From positions 6,014,001-6,078,000 of the forward strand of contig CM069142.1 of the NCBI GenBank assembly GCA_035221665.1: a stretch of DNA of 64,000 nucleotides. Direction: 5' to 3'. The notes below the pieces were generated by a model that did not search any database, was not told the DNA's origin, and saw nothing but the letters and a program-made list of their open reading frames with translations. Positions 1 to 12,637 of the stretch are shown here, in pieces. Origin of the DNA: Okamejei kenojei. Taxonomy: Eukaryota. The translations under genes were made by a program, and so were the position numbers. How positions within the stretch are numbered: position 1 is the stretch's first letter; every line of letters begins with the position of its first letter.

Positions 1-62
1 AGTTCGAATCAGGGCAAACACGGGAGAGCTCTTGGAATGAACTCGTACCGTGGGACCGGGCT
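1..62. mobile_element. Probable terminus of a PIF/Harbinger-like MITE (rest outside window)
   Basis: Ends ...GTGGGACCGGGCT followed by TTA, consistent with a Harbinger TIR and TWA target. The partner end is not visible. Confidence 0.35.
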
Positions 63-64
63 TT

Positions 65-356
65 AAGTTGTTGCTGTCTAGTTGGCAGGAGAATGTTGCA
101 AAATTAGGTATATGTTTAATGGATGGAGGATCCTACAAGGGAGTGGAAGTGTTAAAAAAGGAATGTGCACAAGCAAAGGCAAACCCAACAGGAAGTAGAG
201 AGGAGGGAGGAAACTAGAAGGGAAGAAGTGTGCAGTTAAATGGTTGGTATGACTTTGGTAGAGGAAGACGATTGGCAGACCACCTGTCCCCACCCATCGG
301 CCCTCCCTCCTTATCACAATATTTACCCAACAACATCCCAACCCCAGAACCCTACG
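65..356 (+). pseudogene. Probable N-terminal gag fragment of the class I ERV
   Basis: Encodes HPSALPPYHNIYP, resembling retroviral PSAP/PPPY/YP late domains. Collinear with the gag pieces at 3124-3503 and 8733-9391. Confidence 0.4.
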
Positions 357-3123
357 GATGCCAGATCCCTCGCTAACAAGATGGATGAACTGAGGCTACA
401 GACTGCAGCTAACAACGCCGTGAAGGACAGCTGCATTCTGTTGATCACGGAGACCTGGCTTCATTCATTAATTCCGGACTCTGCTATTGAGCTAGCAGGC
501 TACACCACACAGGACAAGAGAAGAGCAGAGGAGGAGGGCTCTGTGTGTACATGACCAACAACTGGTGTATTAACACAGTGATTGTGGACAGCCACTGCTC
601 CCCGGACCTGGAGTATGTGACTGTTAAATGCAGGCCCATTTATCTCCCTAGAGAGTTTACTGTGGTCATGATAACTGCTGTGTACATACCACCGGATGCT
701 AATGCTAACTCGGCTGTCGGACATTTGTATGGTAGCACTAGCAGCCAGCAGAGCACATATCCTGACGCTGTTCACATCATAGCAGGGGACTTTAATCACG
801 CGGACTTGAAGGCAATGCTCCCCAAATTCTACCAGCATGTTAAATGTGCTACAAGAGGAACTAACACACTGGACAAGGTCTACTCCAACATCAAGCTGGG
901 CCACAGGGCTAGACCATTACCACACCTGGGCCAGTCTGACCATATGTCCCTGCTTTTAATTCCTGCATATGCCCCCCTCAGGAAAACTGCTCCTACCATC
1001 ACAAAGACCATCACAACTTGGCCTGATGGTGCCTCTCAGCAGCTGCAGGACTGCTTCGACAGGACCAACTGGGATGTGTTTGAGCACCAGGACCTGGAGG
1101 TGTTCACGGACAGTGTACTATGTTACATTAAAAACGGCATGGACAGTCACAGTGGACAAACGCATCCGTGTCTACCCCAACCAGAAGCAATGGATGACCC
1201 GGGAGGTCCAGCGGCTGTTAAAGGAGAGGAACACCGCTTTTAGGTCTGGCGATAGGGCTTTATACAGCACGGCCCGAGCTAACCTGAAGAGAGGCATCAG
1301 AGATGCCAGGTCAGACTACAGGAGGAAGATAGAGGACCACCTGGACAGTAACAACAGCAGGCAGGTGTGGCAGGGGATCCAGTATCTCACCAACTACAAG
1401 ACCAACCTTGGAGCTGCTGAAGGTGATGCCTCGCTGGCAGAGGAGCTGAACCTCTTCTTTGCTCGCTTTGAAGTGGAGCCACCAGAGACAGCCATATCAC
1501 ACCACACGGTCCACAGCAGCTTAACCCTCAAAATAGAGCAGCATGAGGTGAGGCGCACGCTGCGGGCCATCAATCCGAGGAAGGCTGCTGGACCCGACGG
1601 CGTCTCTGGACGCGTGCTGAAGGACTGCGCAGACTAGCTGGCTGGAGTATTTACGAGGATCTTCAACCAGGCTCTGGCCCAGTCCACTGTCCCACCCTGT
1701 CTGAAGTCCTCCACCATAGTCCCCTTGCCAAAAAAACCCCACATTTCCAGCCTCAACGACTACAGGCCAGTCGCACTCACACCAGTGGTGATGAAGTGCT
1801 TTAAAAAACTGGTCCGGGGTCACATCACATCACTCCTGCCCGGAAGCTTTGACCCCCACCACTTTGCGTATAGAGCGAATAGATCCACAGAGGACACTGT
1901 AGCCACAGCCCTCCATGCTGCACTCTCCCACCTGGAGCAGCGGGGGAGCTACATGCGGATGCTCTTTGTGGACTATAGCTCTGCTTTTAATACTATCCTT
2001 CCCCACAAACTGGTGAACAAACTGGGGCACCTGGGACTTCCACATTGCACCTGCATGTGGATAAATAGCTTCCTACCGGGTCGCAGCCAGAGAGTCAGAG
2101 TGGGCCATCACACATCCACGGCCCTCAGCCTCAGTACCGGCTCTCCACAGGGCTGCGTGCTGAGCCCCCTGCTCTACACCATCTACACACGTGACTGCAC
2201 CCCCACCCACCACAGCAACACCATTGTCAAATTCGCGAATGACACCACAGTGGCGGGGCTCATCTCTGGGGGGGATGAGTACACTTACAGGGATGAGGTG
2301 GAGCAGCTGACAGTGTGGTGTGGAGAGAATAACCTGCTCCTCAACATCTCAAAGACAAAGGAGCTCATAATAGACTACAGGAAGAAGAAAATGGACATTA
2401 CACCACTAATCATCAGAGGGGACTGTGTGGAGAGGGTGGCGGATTTCCGCTTCCTGGGAATCCACATTGAGGAGGACCTGACATGGAGCGTGAACACCTC
2501 TGCGCTGCTGAAAATGGTCCAGCAGAGACTGCACTTCCTGAGGGTGTTCAGGAAGAACAACATCACCAAGAGACTCCTGCTGTCCTTTTATCGGTGCTCC
2601 ATAGAGAGCATCCTAACATACTGTGTATGCGTGTGGTACACCAGCTGCACAGCGGCCCAGAGGAAAGCGCTCCAGAGGGCTATTGACAACGCCCAGAAGA
2701 TTGTCGGCTGCCCTCTCCTCACTTTGGAGGACCTACACAGTTCCCACTGTCTCAAGAAATCCCAGAACATTATAAAGGACATTTCCCACCCCGGCCACTC
2801 CCTGATTGAACTGTTGCCGTCAGGCAGACAGTACAGATCAATGAGGACAAGGACAAACAGACCAAAAAACAGTTTTTATCCCACAGCAATAACTACACTT
2901 AATGTAGCCATCAAATGAGCGCAGGAGCGCTACATAGCAAATGGATTGTGAAATCGACAGAAGAATGTATGGTTGTGTGTTTATGCTTATTTTATGGTGG
3001 TGTGTGTATGCTTACGTATCGTTAGCTTTTAGAAATGTGTGAATGGTGCACTGACTGGTTGGCATTTTAATTTAGTTGTACATGTTCACATGTTATAATA
3101 ACAATAAAGATTATTTATCTATT
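357..3123 (+). mobile_element. Rex1/Babar LINE, near full-length ORF (APE + RT), inactivated
   Basis: APE motifs (LITETWL, AVYIPP, AGDFNH, LDKVY, SDH) and RT motifs ([36 protein letters not shown]). FAND replaces FADD; frameshifts and an in-frame TAG at 1635-1637; 3'UTR ends ACAATAAAG plus short tail. Confidence 0.93.
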
Positions 3124-3503
3124 GAGACTATCGAATATACCGACCTGGTGGCAACATGCACCTGAAGTAAGGGAATGCCACCAACCTCTTCCCGTAAAGA
3201 CATATCAAAAAATCAAAAAGATAGATAGATCACATAAATCCAAGCCCAGGAAACCCCAACCGGTTGAAATTGTCAGGACATCCGAGGAGTTGGATGATTC
3301 AGAATCTTCCACTGGTTCAACCAAGGAGTCAGAGCATTCATCTGACCAAAGGGAATTAGATGAGGTAATTGAACCAGTAAGAAGAACGAAGAAGATGTCC
3401 CGACAGTTCCCAGGCAGGCATATGCCTAAATACAATGCCATGCAAGTAGCATAACACCCCCTCATAGAAGTATACCACCCTTAAAAGCCCAATGAGATGG
3501 TGG
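3124..3503 (+). pseudogene. ERV gag fragment up to the capsid N-terminus
   Basis: The frame of ORF 3122-3454 continues *HPLIEVYHP*KPNEMVAIL, capsid-start-like, and resumes in frame (AGINL*KEG...) after the DIRS insertion. Confidence 0.6.
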
Positions 3504-5424
3504 CTATTTTACTTCGGAGTCACGTGAGTGACTTCGTGAAGACCCCGCCAACACGCATGTGCGGCATATCGTCGCGCGCACTCGCACCGGCAGGCTGGGG
3601 GGGGGGGGGGGGGGGGGGGGGAGTGCGCTCTCTCCTCCGGCTCCTTCACAAGACCGGCAGGTGAGTATTACCTTTTCCTTCACAGCATGGACAAGGGCCG
3701 CAGGACGACGCTGTCGAGGAGCTGAGCTGAGCTGCGGCCAGCCAACGGCCCTTGTCCCCGGAGCTGCAAGGAACGCCGGCAGCTTCAACGCGTGGTGGGG
3801 GCAGGAATGCGGAAGTCGGGCGCTCCCGCTGATACAGGGGCCGACTCACCCGAATGGGTTACCGCTCCGGAGCTGGAAGCAACGGGTCCAGACTCCAAGC
3901 CCCCGTCCCCCAAGAGAATAAGGGGGGATACAGGTACGTGGCAAGGGGTCTTGTTCTTCACAGGCAACCTCTCCCCGAGCTCCAGTAGACCCGAGGGGGC
4001 TGGGCCGGGGGACAGCCGCACGACAGGGGAGCCCTGCAAAGTGCAATACGTACCGCAGCCAGGGATATCTGCCATCGTGCAGCCCGGGCATAACACTGCT
4101 GCGTCGTGTAGGCCTGCTGGAGCAGATACCGCCGACAACACACCCCGTCAGGCTGCGGTCAAGGGCGGAGGTGGCAGCAGGAAGCGGTCGGTCAGCTCAG
4201 CGCTGCGAGCGGCCGACCATGCGCCTCCACGCCAAGTAATGGTGTAAGTGTGGAGGTAAGCCTGCACGGACTCCGGGGAGCCAGGTTCCGGGGGCCGGCG
4301 CCGATTCAACTCACCTGCCTTCTTATCAGCCAGGTGGGCCGCCACAGTCTGGGAGAAGACAGACTAGCGGAGAGTCCGTGCGGGAGTCGTATGATCCTAC
4401 TTGGGCTGTAGGTCACGACGACCTGCCATTGGACCCTAGACAGCACCCTAAGGGGGTGAGGTCCGATGGTGGAAGCCCCAGTGAGTTTGCAGGGCCTGGG
4501 GAAGTCGGCTTGTCCGCTGCGTATAGCAGGGACGGTCGCATAGAGCGGTTGGAGCTCTTAAGTGGTGCAACACCTCCAGCGGGACCGGGAACGAGAAGAG
4601 TGGGATTCGCGGGCATCCACTAGCCGTGCAAGGACACCACTCAGCTCCTCATCGTCTCCAGCCAGAAGCATTAATGATTGCCCAGCTGCTGAGTTTGACG
4701 ACGACCAGGGACAGCCAGTGACCGCTGAACCAGAGCATGAGGAGGATATGCTGGATGTGGTGAGTGAAGTTTGCCGTTTCTACCCAGACAGGTGAACCCT
4801 GCACCACGAATTGGCGGGCACCATTGATTGCCTAATTACGCACCAACTCTGGAGTCAGATTCTCAATAATACCTTGGAGAAAGGTTCTCCACGGGCATAA
4901 CGGCGTTTGCTAAACCCTGGTCGGGGATAATGTGTCCAGTAAATAGCATGATGCACTGGCACTCCTATACAACGCCCAGTATGAGATAAATTGCCTGCGT
5001 AAGAGCTCCATATAGCCCACACTAAACCCCAAATTCGCGGGGTTGTGCCGACCATTACCGCTCCACCGCCGCATCAGTTGTTTGGAGACCTGTACAAACA
5101 GGTGAAGGGACTGGACAAAGGAGGCCAAAACAGTGGGCCTCATGAAACTCCATCGGCCAGAGTTCACCCATATCACCGGCAACAGCCTAATACAACCTGT
5201 GAACCAAGGCTGCCGGATAGGGCACAAAGATCCTACCTACCTCCATCTCAACAAATACAACGACCTTTTAGGGCAAGGCCAACAGCGGCCTGCATGGGAA
5301 ATGCGGCCGCCGGCCCGTCAACCTCCATAACGTCCACCCGAAGCACCGTATGTATGGAACCGCCCTTCACTATGGAGGTAAGGGGGTCTGGCTCCTCTCA
5401 CGCCGTAGTATCCCTCCTGCACGA

Positions 5425-7260
5425 ATAGGTGGGCGATTGCGGGCGGCCTTGGACTTATGGGAAAAACTGTCACCACAGATGAGTTTATTTTACAAAGTGT
5501 TCAAGGGTATATAATTCGTTGGAGGTATAGATTCCCATACCCAGCATTCGCCTCGTAGGAATTTACTCTATCCCAAAAAGAGGTGGAGGCAGGGCATGCT
5601 GAAATTATATGGCGAGGTGGGAAAAGTGGTAATTGGCATAACCAAGCATGGACCTATTGAGTTTGAGTCTAATATGTTCACCAGCAGTAAAAAAGAAGAG
5701 GGATGTCGGATTATAATCGATTTAGCTGAGTTGAACACTTTTGTACAATATACCCATGTCAAAATTGATACTTTTGGAACAGCTAGGTGGAAGCTTTACT
5801 CAGGGTACTTTATGGCATGTATCGATTTGAAAGAGGCATGCTATACGGTGCCCATCGCTGAGGCTCACAGGGAATTCTGAAGTTGTCTGGAAGGGTGCAT
5901 TGCCTAATGGAACCATCACAGCCCTAGGCTGTTTACCAAATTGGTATTTACCTGTATTGGCTCTTCTCCGACAACAAGATTATAGTGATGGCATATTGGA
6001 TGAAATCCTTATAGTGGGGCAGACCCTCCAATTGGCAATTCAAGGAGTGGCTGCAACCAAGGCTCTGCTTGAGAAGCTGGGGTTGTAATCCATCCAGACA
6101 AATCAAAACTGCACCCGGTACGGGTTATGGATTTGGTGTTCACCTTAGACACCAATTTAATGAAGTTTATCATCCCCACTAATAAAGCTACTGCTATATT
6201 AGAAGAGTGCCACAATCTTGCTTGCGCCAGGGTATCGACCCTGCGGCAAACAGCAAAAGTTATTGGTATTGGTAACTCTAAATTGGTAACTACATTCCCA
6301 GCTGCACGATTTGGACCGCTACACTACCGAAATTCACAAAGGTCACAAATCACAGCATTAAAAAACAAATGCTGGCTGCTTTGATCGGCCACTTCGGTTA
6401 CCACCAGAAGCTAGAAACGAGCTATAATGGTGGGTAGATAATATTGAAGAATGTCATTGACCTATTATAGGGAGCAACCCTGATGTTGTGCTACTAACTG
6501 ACGCAAGTGCACCAGGCTGGGGAGCAACTGGTACGATGTCCAGTTGTGGTGGCAGATGGAACTCTCATGAGTCTACATTCCTGGAGTCACATGGGATAAA
6601 CTATGTAGAAATGCTGGGGGCATTTCATGGACTGCGGGCTTACTGTACTAATTCATGGGATTACATGTCCGCTTTCGAATAGATAATGCTACAATAATGG
6701 CTGACATCAATCATATGGGTAGTATCAGGTCGCTAGTTTGCAATGAATTGGCTAATACAATTTGGCACTGGTGCATTGAAAGAAATATTTGGATTACTGC
6801 GACCTATTTGCCTGGGAAGCTTAATTCAGTGGCGGACACCAGGTCACGTGTCTTCAATGACAACATTGAGTGGATGTTGAACCCCCAAATTTTGGAGATA
6901 TTATAGCTCAATTTGGGGACACCAGATATTGACCTATTTGCGTCCAGGCTGAACCATCGAATACCAACGTATGTGTTGTGGGAACCAGACCCTGGGGTAA
7001 TAGCATTGGATGCGTTTTATCCATTGGGGGAAATGGGTTGCTACGCGTTTCCCCCATGCTGCCTCACCAGTCGGGTATTGCAGAAATTAAACTAGACTCT
7101 GCAACTGGCATATTGATCATTCCCGACTGGCCTACACAACCATGGTACCCGATGGTTGTAGAAATTTTAAAACAACCATGGATGGCGATTGGGAAACATC
7201 CCAAATTGATTACTCACTCCATTACGGGGGGGGGGGCAGTCATCCTTGCCATGGTCATTT
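5425..7260 (+). pseudogene. DIRS RT / RNase H / N6-adenine methyltransferase-like ORF, fragmented
   Basis: RIIIDLAELN and IDLKEACY (RT); LTDASAPGWGA, INYVEM, IDNAT, YLPGKLNSVAD (RNase H); DIDLFASRLN and YAFPP (MT). Multiple stops and frameshifts. Confidence 0.9.
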
Positions 7261-8229
7261 AAACTTGTTGGCTTGCAGGTTCTGAAAAGACCGCTCATCC
7301 GGGCAGGCATCTCGTCAAGAGCCATGAACCTTATTGCAGCATCGTGCCGGGAATCAACCCGGAAACAATACCTCACTCAAATCAGAAAGTGGGAGGTTTT
7401 CTGTGCCCGGAACAAGTCCTCCAACTCGGCAACAATACCGGATGTGTTGGAGTTTCTAGCAGGCCTCCATTTTGATGCTGGCCTCAGCTACAGTGCCATC
7501 AACAGCGACAGGAGTACGCTGTATTCATACCTGGATATAGGTATCAGCTCCCACCACCTGGTGTCTAAACTAATGAGGGGAGTATTCAATACCAACCCTC
7601 CACGACCCAGATATACAGTAACGTGGGATGTGGGGATCGTGCTGACCCTACTGAGGAGCTGGGCTCCAATAGATGAGCTACCATTGAAACAGCTCACCCT
7701 TAAGGTGGTGATGCTCATGGCACTGACGACAGCCCAACGAGTCCAGACGTTACAAAAACTGCGACTGGACACCATGGTGGCCAACCCTGGTCAAATAAAA
7801 TTCTTTGTTAAAGAATTATTAAAACAGCACAGGCCAGGGGCGCATGGGCTGCTGGTGGAATTTCGGGCGTACCCTGTAGATGCCACACTCTGCATAGTCA
7901 CCCATCTCCACCACTACATCCGAGTTACTGGAGTTATCAGGATGAAGGAACAGGGGCTCCTCATCAGTCATAAAACCTCCGCATCATCGGGTGACTACAC
8001 AGACGATCGCCAGGTGGCTCAGGGTGGTGCTGGATGCAGCAGGAGTTGCTACTAACATTTTTAAGTCTCATTCCACCAGGGCTGCAGCGAGAGCTATGGA
8101 GGTGCCCATGGACCACATTCTCGCCACCGCGGGCTGGGCCAGTGGGGAACAACCTTTCAACGGTTCGATAACAAGCCTCTGGCCGTTCCTTCGACAATCG
8201 CAGAAGCTATCCTGGGTACCGCTCAGTAA
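7246..8229 (+). pseudogene. DIRS tyrosine recombinase, frameshifted near the C-terminus
   Basis: STRKQY, GLSYSAIN, PPRPRYTVTWDV, ALTTAQRVQTL (catalytic R), FKSHSTR (HxxR) and AGW motifs. Confidence 0.92.
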
Positions 8230-8396
8230 ATGTCTGGCCCCGATTTAGGGGTTTGTTGTTTATTTGATTAATAAATTGTGTTGATTTTTCAGCCAGTTTC
8301 GACTGAACTCCATTAACAGCCTTCCTCCATCAGACTGGCGGCAGTGTGATAAGCATGAACGTTGTCCAGGGCATGTTAAATCACAGAGCTTTGAAA

Positions 8397-8507
8397 TCTT
8401 CACGAAGTCACTCACGTGACTCCGAAGTAAAATAGTAAGATTAAACGAGAACTTCCCAAGTTTGAAGGTTGATCTGTATTTTACGAGGAGTCGCGGTGAG
8501 GGATTTC
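8397..8507. repeat. DIRS internal complementary region (ICR)
   Basis: Reverse complement of the left terminus (3504-3542, exact) joined to the reverse complement of the right terminus (8653-8732, one mismatch). Confidence 0.95.
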
Positions 8508-8732
8508 GTGCCCACCGCTCCCACCCTCTATCATAAGGTCAACCAGGTAGTTCTACGTTTTCATCTTACTATTTTTTAGTCATGGTTTGGTTCTGTGATT
8601 CCACACCGCTGCTTTGAAGGATGCCGCGCATGCGTGCTGGCGGGGTCTTCAGGAAATCCCTCACCGCGACTCCTCGTAAAATACAGATCAACCTTCAAAC
8701 TTGGTAAGTTCTCGTTTAATCTTACTATTTTA

Positions 8733-9940
8733 GCCGGCATTAACCTATAGAAAGAAGGAACCACCGACTTCCTCCGAACCTCTATCGCAGTTTCTGCAGC
8801 AGTCTCAAGAAACCTCTGGTCCGTAATTCACCAGACCCTTAGTCCAACTGAGCACGCTAGATTCACAGAACACTTGGGACACCAGCGCATGCGGCCTTAG
8901 AGACCCCACCCAACGAGTCTCCGGTCCGCCAAAACGGCATCTTAACGGCCTTGGCTACTGCCTTGCGCAAACCAATAAGCATGACTACGGACCTGGAAAC
9001 CAAACACAAAAAGGGAGAGGGGGTTGAAGAATTCCTGGAGCACTTTTGCGAAGTTTATGGGAATCAATCGCGTGACACAGCCTATAATGCAGGGAACGAC
9101 TCCCCTGAATATTGCACCATTTTGCTCCAAGCCCTCCCTCCATTAGTGCCTAATGCCGTCCGGACCAATAATATGAATTGGGCGGATAATAGTCGCCCGC
9201 AGATGGAACGAGCAGTAAAATACTATTGGAATGAACAAAAACCAGGAGGAGTTGCTGATGGAATAAAACTAAATATGGGATCTGAGAGAATGAACAAGTT
9301 CCCCCCCTTAAGGGAACAAGACCTCATAGCACACCAGATGGAACCCGAGTTCTGTATACCCGGGTGGGTCGACGCGAGGGGAAGGGGATAGACTCATGGA
9401 AATGGGCTACTATAAATACAGCCATCTCTCTACAAAACCAACCTCAGGCCCTTGACTCCTGCGAACACGACTGTGTTTCTAATTAAGACTTCTGCACCCC
9501 GTGATCTTACGGACCAACCGCTGCTGAACTCTGATCTCACCCGATATGTTGATGGCAGTTCTTCCATTACAGAAGCGGGACATCGTACTTCCGGCTATAC
9601 TATCGTTACTCAGGACGGTCATGTCCGGGAAGCAGCATCGTTCAAAAAAAAAAACCCATCTCTGCACAACAAGTCCAATTGTTTGCCCCCACCCGAGCAT
9701 GCGCTCTCAGAAAGGAAAAAGAGTGTCAACATTTACACAGATCACGGTACGCATTCGGTATTGCTCATGACTTTGGACAATTATGGAAGAATCGTGGCTA
9801 CTTTACCTCCTCCAGCACAGAGATCTCCCATCAGCAATTAGTTATGAGTCTTCTGTATTCTCTGACTCTTCCTCGAAAATTGGCTATCATGAAATGTGTC
9901 GCCCATGTGCTTGCGAGTCACTTGTCTTGGGGAACCTGAC
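8733..9940 (+). pseudogene. Class I (gamma/epsilon-like) ERV capsid C-terminal part and RNase H; protease and RT missing
   Basis: MHR-like KHKKGEGVEEFLEHFCEVY. RNase H motifs DLTDQPL, YVDGSS, VNIYTD/SRYAFGIAHDFGQLWKNRG, LAIMKCVAH. Confidence 0.85.
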
Positions 9941-10239
9941 CTTTGCCTATACACACATACCGTGTCATGATATGATTCGAGGACCAAGAAAGTGCGCCAA
10001 ATTTGCTTCTGCTTGCTACTGCTTATATACTTGTACGATGCCTACTGTAAACCATTTTCTTTGGGGAATACTTGGAACTCCAAGAGAGTGACAGGTCGTG
10101 GACCAGAGTAAGTCCCCGGGGTGACGAATAAACTTGAAGCAAGAACGGTGTTGGTTCAGTATATTTACTGAAGAAATATCGAGGGGAAAATAATCCAATA
10201 ATACAACTAAAATACAACTAATCATTTTGGGGGGAAAAA

Positions 10240-10375
10240 GACAGGAGTGCTGCAGTGACGTTTTGGGTCAGGATCCTTCATCTGAAGAAACGTCACTTAT
10301 CCATGTTTTCAAGAGGCTGCCTGACCTACTGCATTACTCCAGCACTTTGTATCTTTTTTGTAAACTAGTATCCAC
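10240..10375 (+). mobile_element. Degenerate Penelope pLTR-derived short repeat
   Basis: CTGAAGA..AAACGTCAC..GCTGCCTGACC..TTACTCCAGCACTTTG, matching the family at 57234-57318. Confidence 0.7.
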
Positions 10376-10409
10376 GGTTCCTTTATCGTCCATAGTTTTA
10401 TGGAGTCTG

Positions 10410-11640
10410 CATCAACTTCCATCTTACCTCGACCCACTGCAATTCGCATACTGCCACAGGATGCAATCTTACTGGCTCTCCGCTGCGCATTGGACCACTT
10501 GGACAATAAAAACACTTACGTCAGGCTATTGTTTATAGACAACAGCTTGGCCTTCAATACCATCATCTGGTTACCAAGCTCACGGAACTGGGTCACTGCG
10601 CATCCCTCTGCAATTGGATCCTTGACTTCCGCATCCACAGACCACAGTCTGTTTGAATTTGCAGAAACACTTCATCCTCAGTAACAATTAGTTCGGGAGC
10701 ACCTCAAGGCTGCGTGCTCAGCCCCCTGCTTTACTCACTCTATACCCATAACTGCATAGCCGGACATAGTGCGAACTCCATCATCAAGTTTGCCGACGAC
10801 ACCACTGTTGTTGGACGAATCACAGATGGGGACGAGCCAGAGTATAGAAGTGAGATCGACCGACTGACCAAATGGTGCCAGCACACCAACCTGGCCCTCA
10901 ACATCAGTAAGACCAAGGAACTGATTGTGGACTTGGTAGGGGAAGGATGAGGACCCACAATCCTGTTCACATCAATGGGACGATGGTGGAGAGGGCCAAT
11001 AACATCAAATACCTGGGCGTGCATATTTCCGAAGATCTTTCCTGGACCCAGCACACCGATGCAATTATAAAGAAAGCACATCAGCGGCTCTACTTCCCGA
11101 GAAGATTACGGAGATTCGGCATGTCGAAGAGGATTCTCCTAAACTTCTACAGGTGCACAGCAGAGAGCATTCTGACTTGTTGCATCGTGGCTCGGTTTGG
11201 CAACCTGAACGTCCAGGAGCGAAAAAGACTACAATAAGTTGTGACCACTGCCCAGTCCATCACCAGCTTTGACCTCCCCACGGTCGAAGGGATCTATCGT
11301 AGTCGCTGCCTCAAAAAGGCAGCCAAAATCATCAAGGACGCACACCATCCTGGCCACACACTCATCTCACCATTGCCATCAGGAAGAGGGTACAGGAACC
11401 TGAAAACTAAGTCCAGGTTCAGGAACAGCTTCTTCCCTATACCTTCAGGCTATTAAACACAACAACGAATAACCTCTGAACTGCAAAAGACTATTATTAT
11501 TGCACTATATTTGTTATTTATTGAACTGTTTCTTTTTTTCCTCTTCCCCCGTTATGTACTATGTTTACATATTCTGTTGCGCTGCACAAGTAAGAATTTC
11601 ATGGTCCCATCCGGGACATATGACAAAAAAAATACTCTTA
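10410..11640 (+). mobile_element. 5'-truncated Rex1 LINE (RT half)
   Basis: [55 protein letters not shown]; 3'UTR ending TGACAAAAA. Confidence 0.9.
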
Positions 11641-11669
11641 ATGAATGACAATTTCATTATATTTTTATG

Positions 11670-11837
11670 GAAGACGATAGATAATTTCTTGATTAGTACG
11701 GGTGTCAGGGGTTATGGGGAGAAGGCAGGAGAATGGGGTTAGGAGGGAGAGATAGATCAGCCATGATTAAATGGCAGAGTAGACTTGACAGGCCGAATGA
11801 CCTCATTCTGCTCCTATCACTTATGACCTTATGACCT
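11670..11837 (+). mobile_element. CR1/HER1 LINE 3' end
   Basis: GGTTATGGGGAGAAGGCAGGAGAATGGGG...GGCCGAATG..CTGCTCCTAT followed by a (CTTATGAC)n tail. Confidence 0.8.
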
Positions 11838-12223
11838 AGTCTAGGCCTCGTAGTGCCGATGTAAAGGATAGAGGGAAAGACATGACTGGAGGATAATGAA
11901 AACAAGCACTAATTCTTCCACGACGATCTTCATGACTTCAGAATATTTCCACATAATTCCAACCAACTAACCACTTTTTCAATTCTCCGCACTAAAATCT
12001 TGCACCATTCGCCTATTTCATACTCACTACTGTATTTATTATTACTGTATGTTTAAATTAAACACCAATAGCTTTGTTGCATGCATTGCATTGAGACCAA
12101 ATTAAAAACAATTCAAACCAGCCCGATGACAAAAAAAAGTAACATTTATACAAAATGGAATATGCATTGTTCCTGAAGAATTTTTAAATCACTTAAGAGC
12201 TAATAGATGAAAACAATCCCTAC

Positions 12224-12289
12224 CTGTGCTCCCTTCATTACCATCCAAGGAAGGCTTGATGGCTTCTGACGGATTGCTCATTTTAGATT
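12224..12289 (-). CDS. POU2F1: POU2F1 coding exon 2 (66 nt), (E)SKMSNPSEAIKPSLDGNEGST(G)
   Basis: Polypyrimidine tract plus gcatag| acceptor and AG|gtagg donor, phase 1/1. The peptide aligns without gaps to mammalian Oct-1 DSRMNNPSETSKPSMESGDGNTG, better than to Oct-2 EIRMSKPLEAEKQGLDS. Exon 3 is not visible in 1-12223. Confidence 0.9.
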
Positions 12290-12637
12290 CTATGCAAATC
12301 AGAAGAACAGAGAGAATGAAAGACAAAATTCCAATCAGTAACACAATAACTTTTCCTCTCCTGTCTTCTTTCCCCACCCACTGTGTTATTTTTTAAATTG
12401 ACCTTCACTGGACTTTATCTTGCACTAAACGTTATTCACCTCATTGTGTATCTGTACACTTTGGACGGCTTGAATGCAATCAAAAATAGTCTTGTCTCTG
12501 ACTGGATAACACACAACAAAAAAGGTTTTCACTGTACCTTGGAACACGTGGCAATAAACAAGAAAGATTCATTGGCTTAACTTTTTTCTACATTATATTA
12601 ATTAATATATGGTTGCTATATACATAAAATGCATATA

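Larger units (their letters stand above)
3504..8732 (+). mobile_element. DIRS1-type tyrosine-recombinase retrotransposon with complete termini
   Basis: Imperfect ITRs 3505-3567 and 8621-8683, right extension to 8732, ICR 8397-8507. Decayed gag-like, RT, RNase H, methyltransferase and YR coding segments. CTATTTTA occurs at both ends. Confidence 0.96.

Noticed and set aside
7246-8055. Phage integrase or bacterial contamination
   Set aside because: The recombinase lies between DIRS ITRs and ICR together with RT and RNase H; it is the element's own YR.
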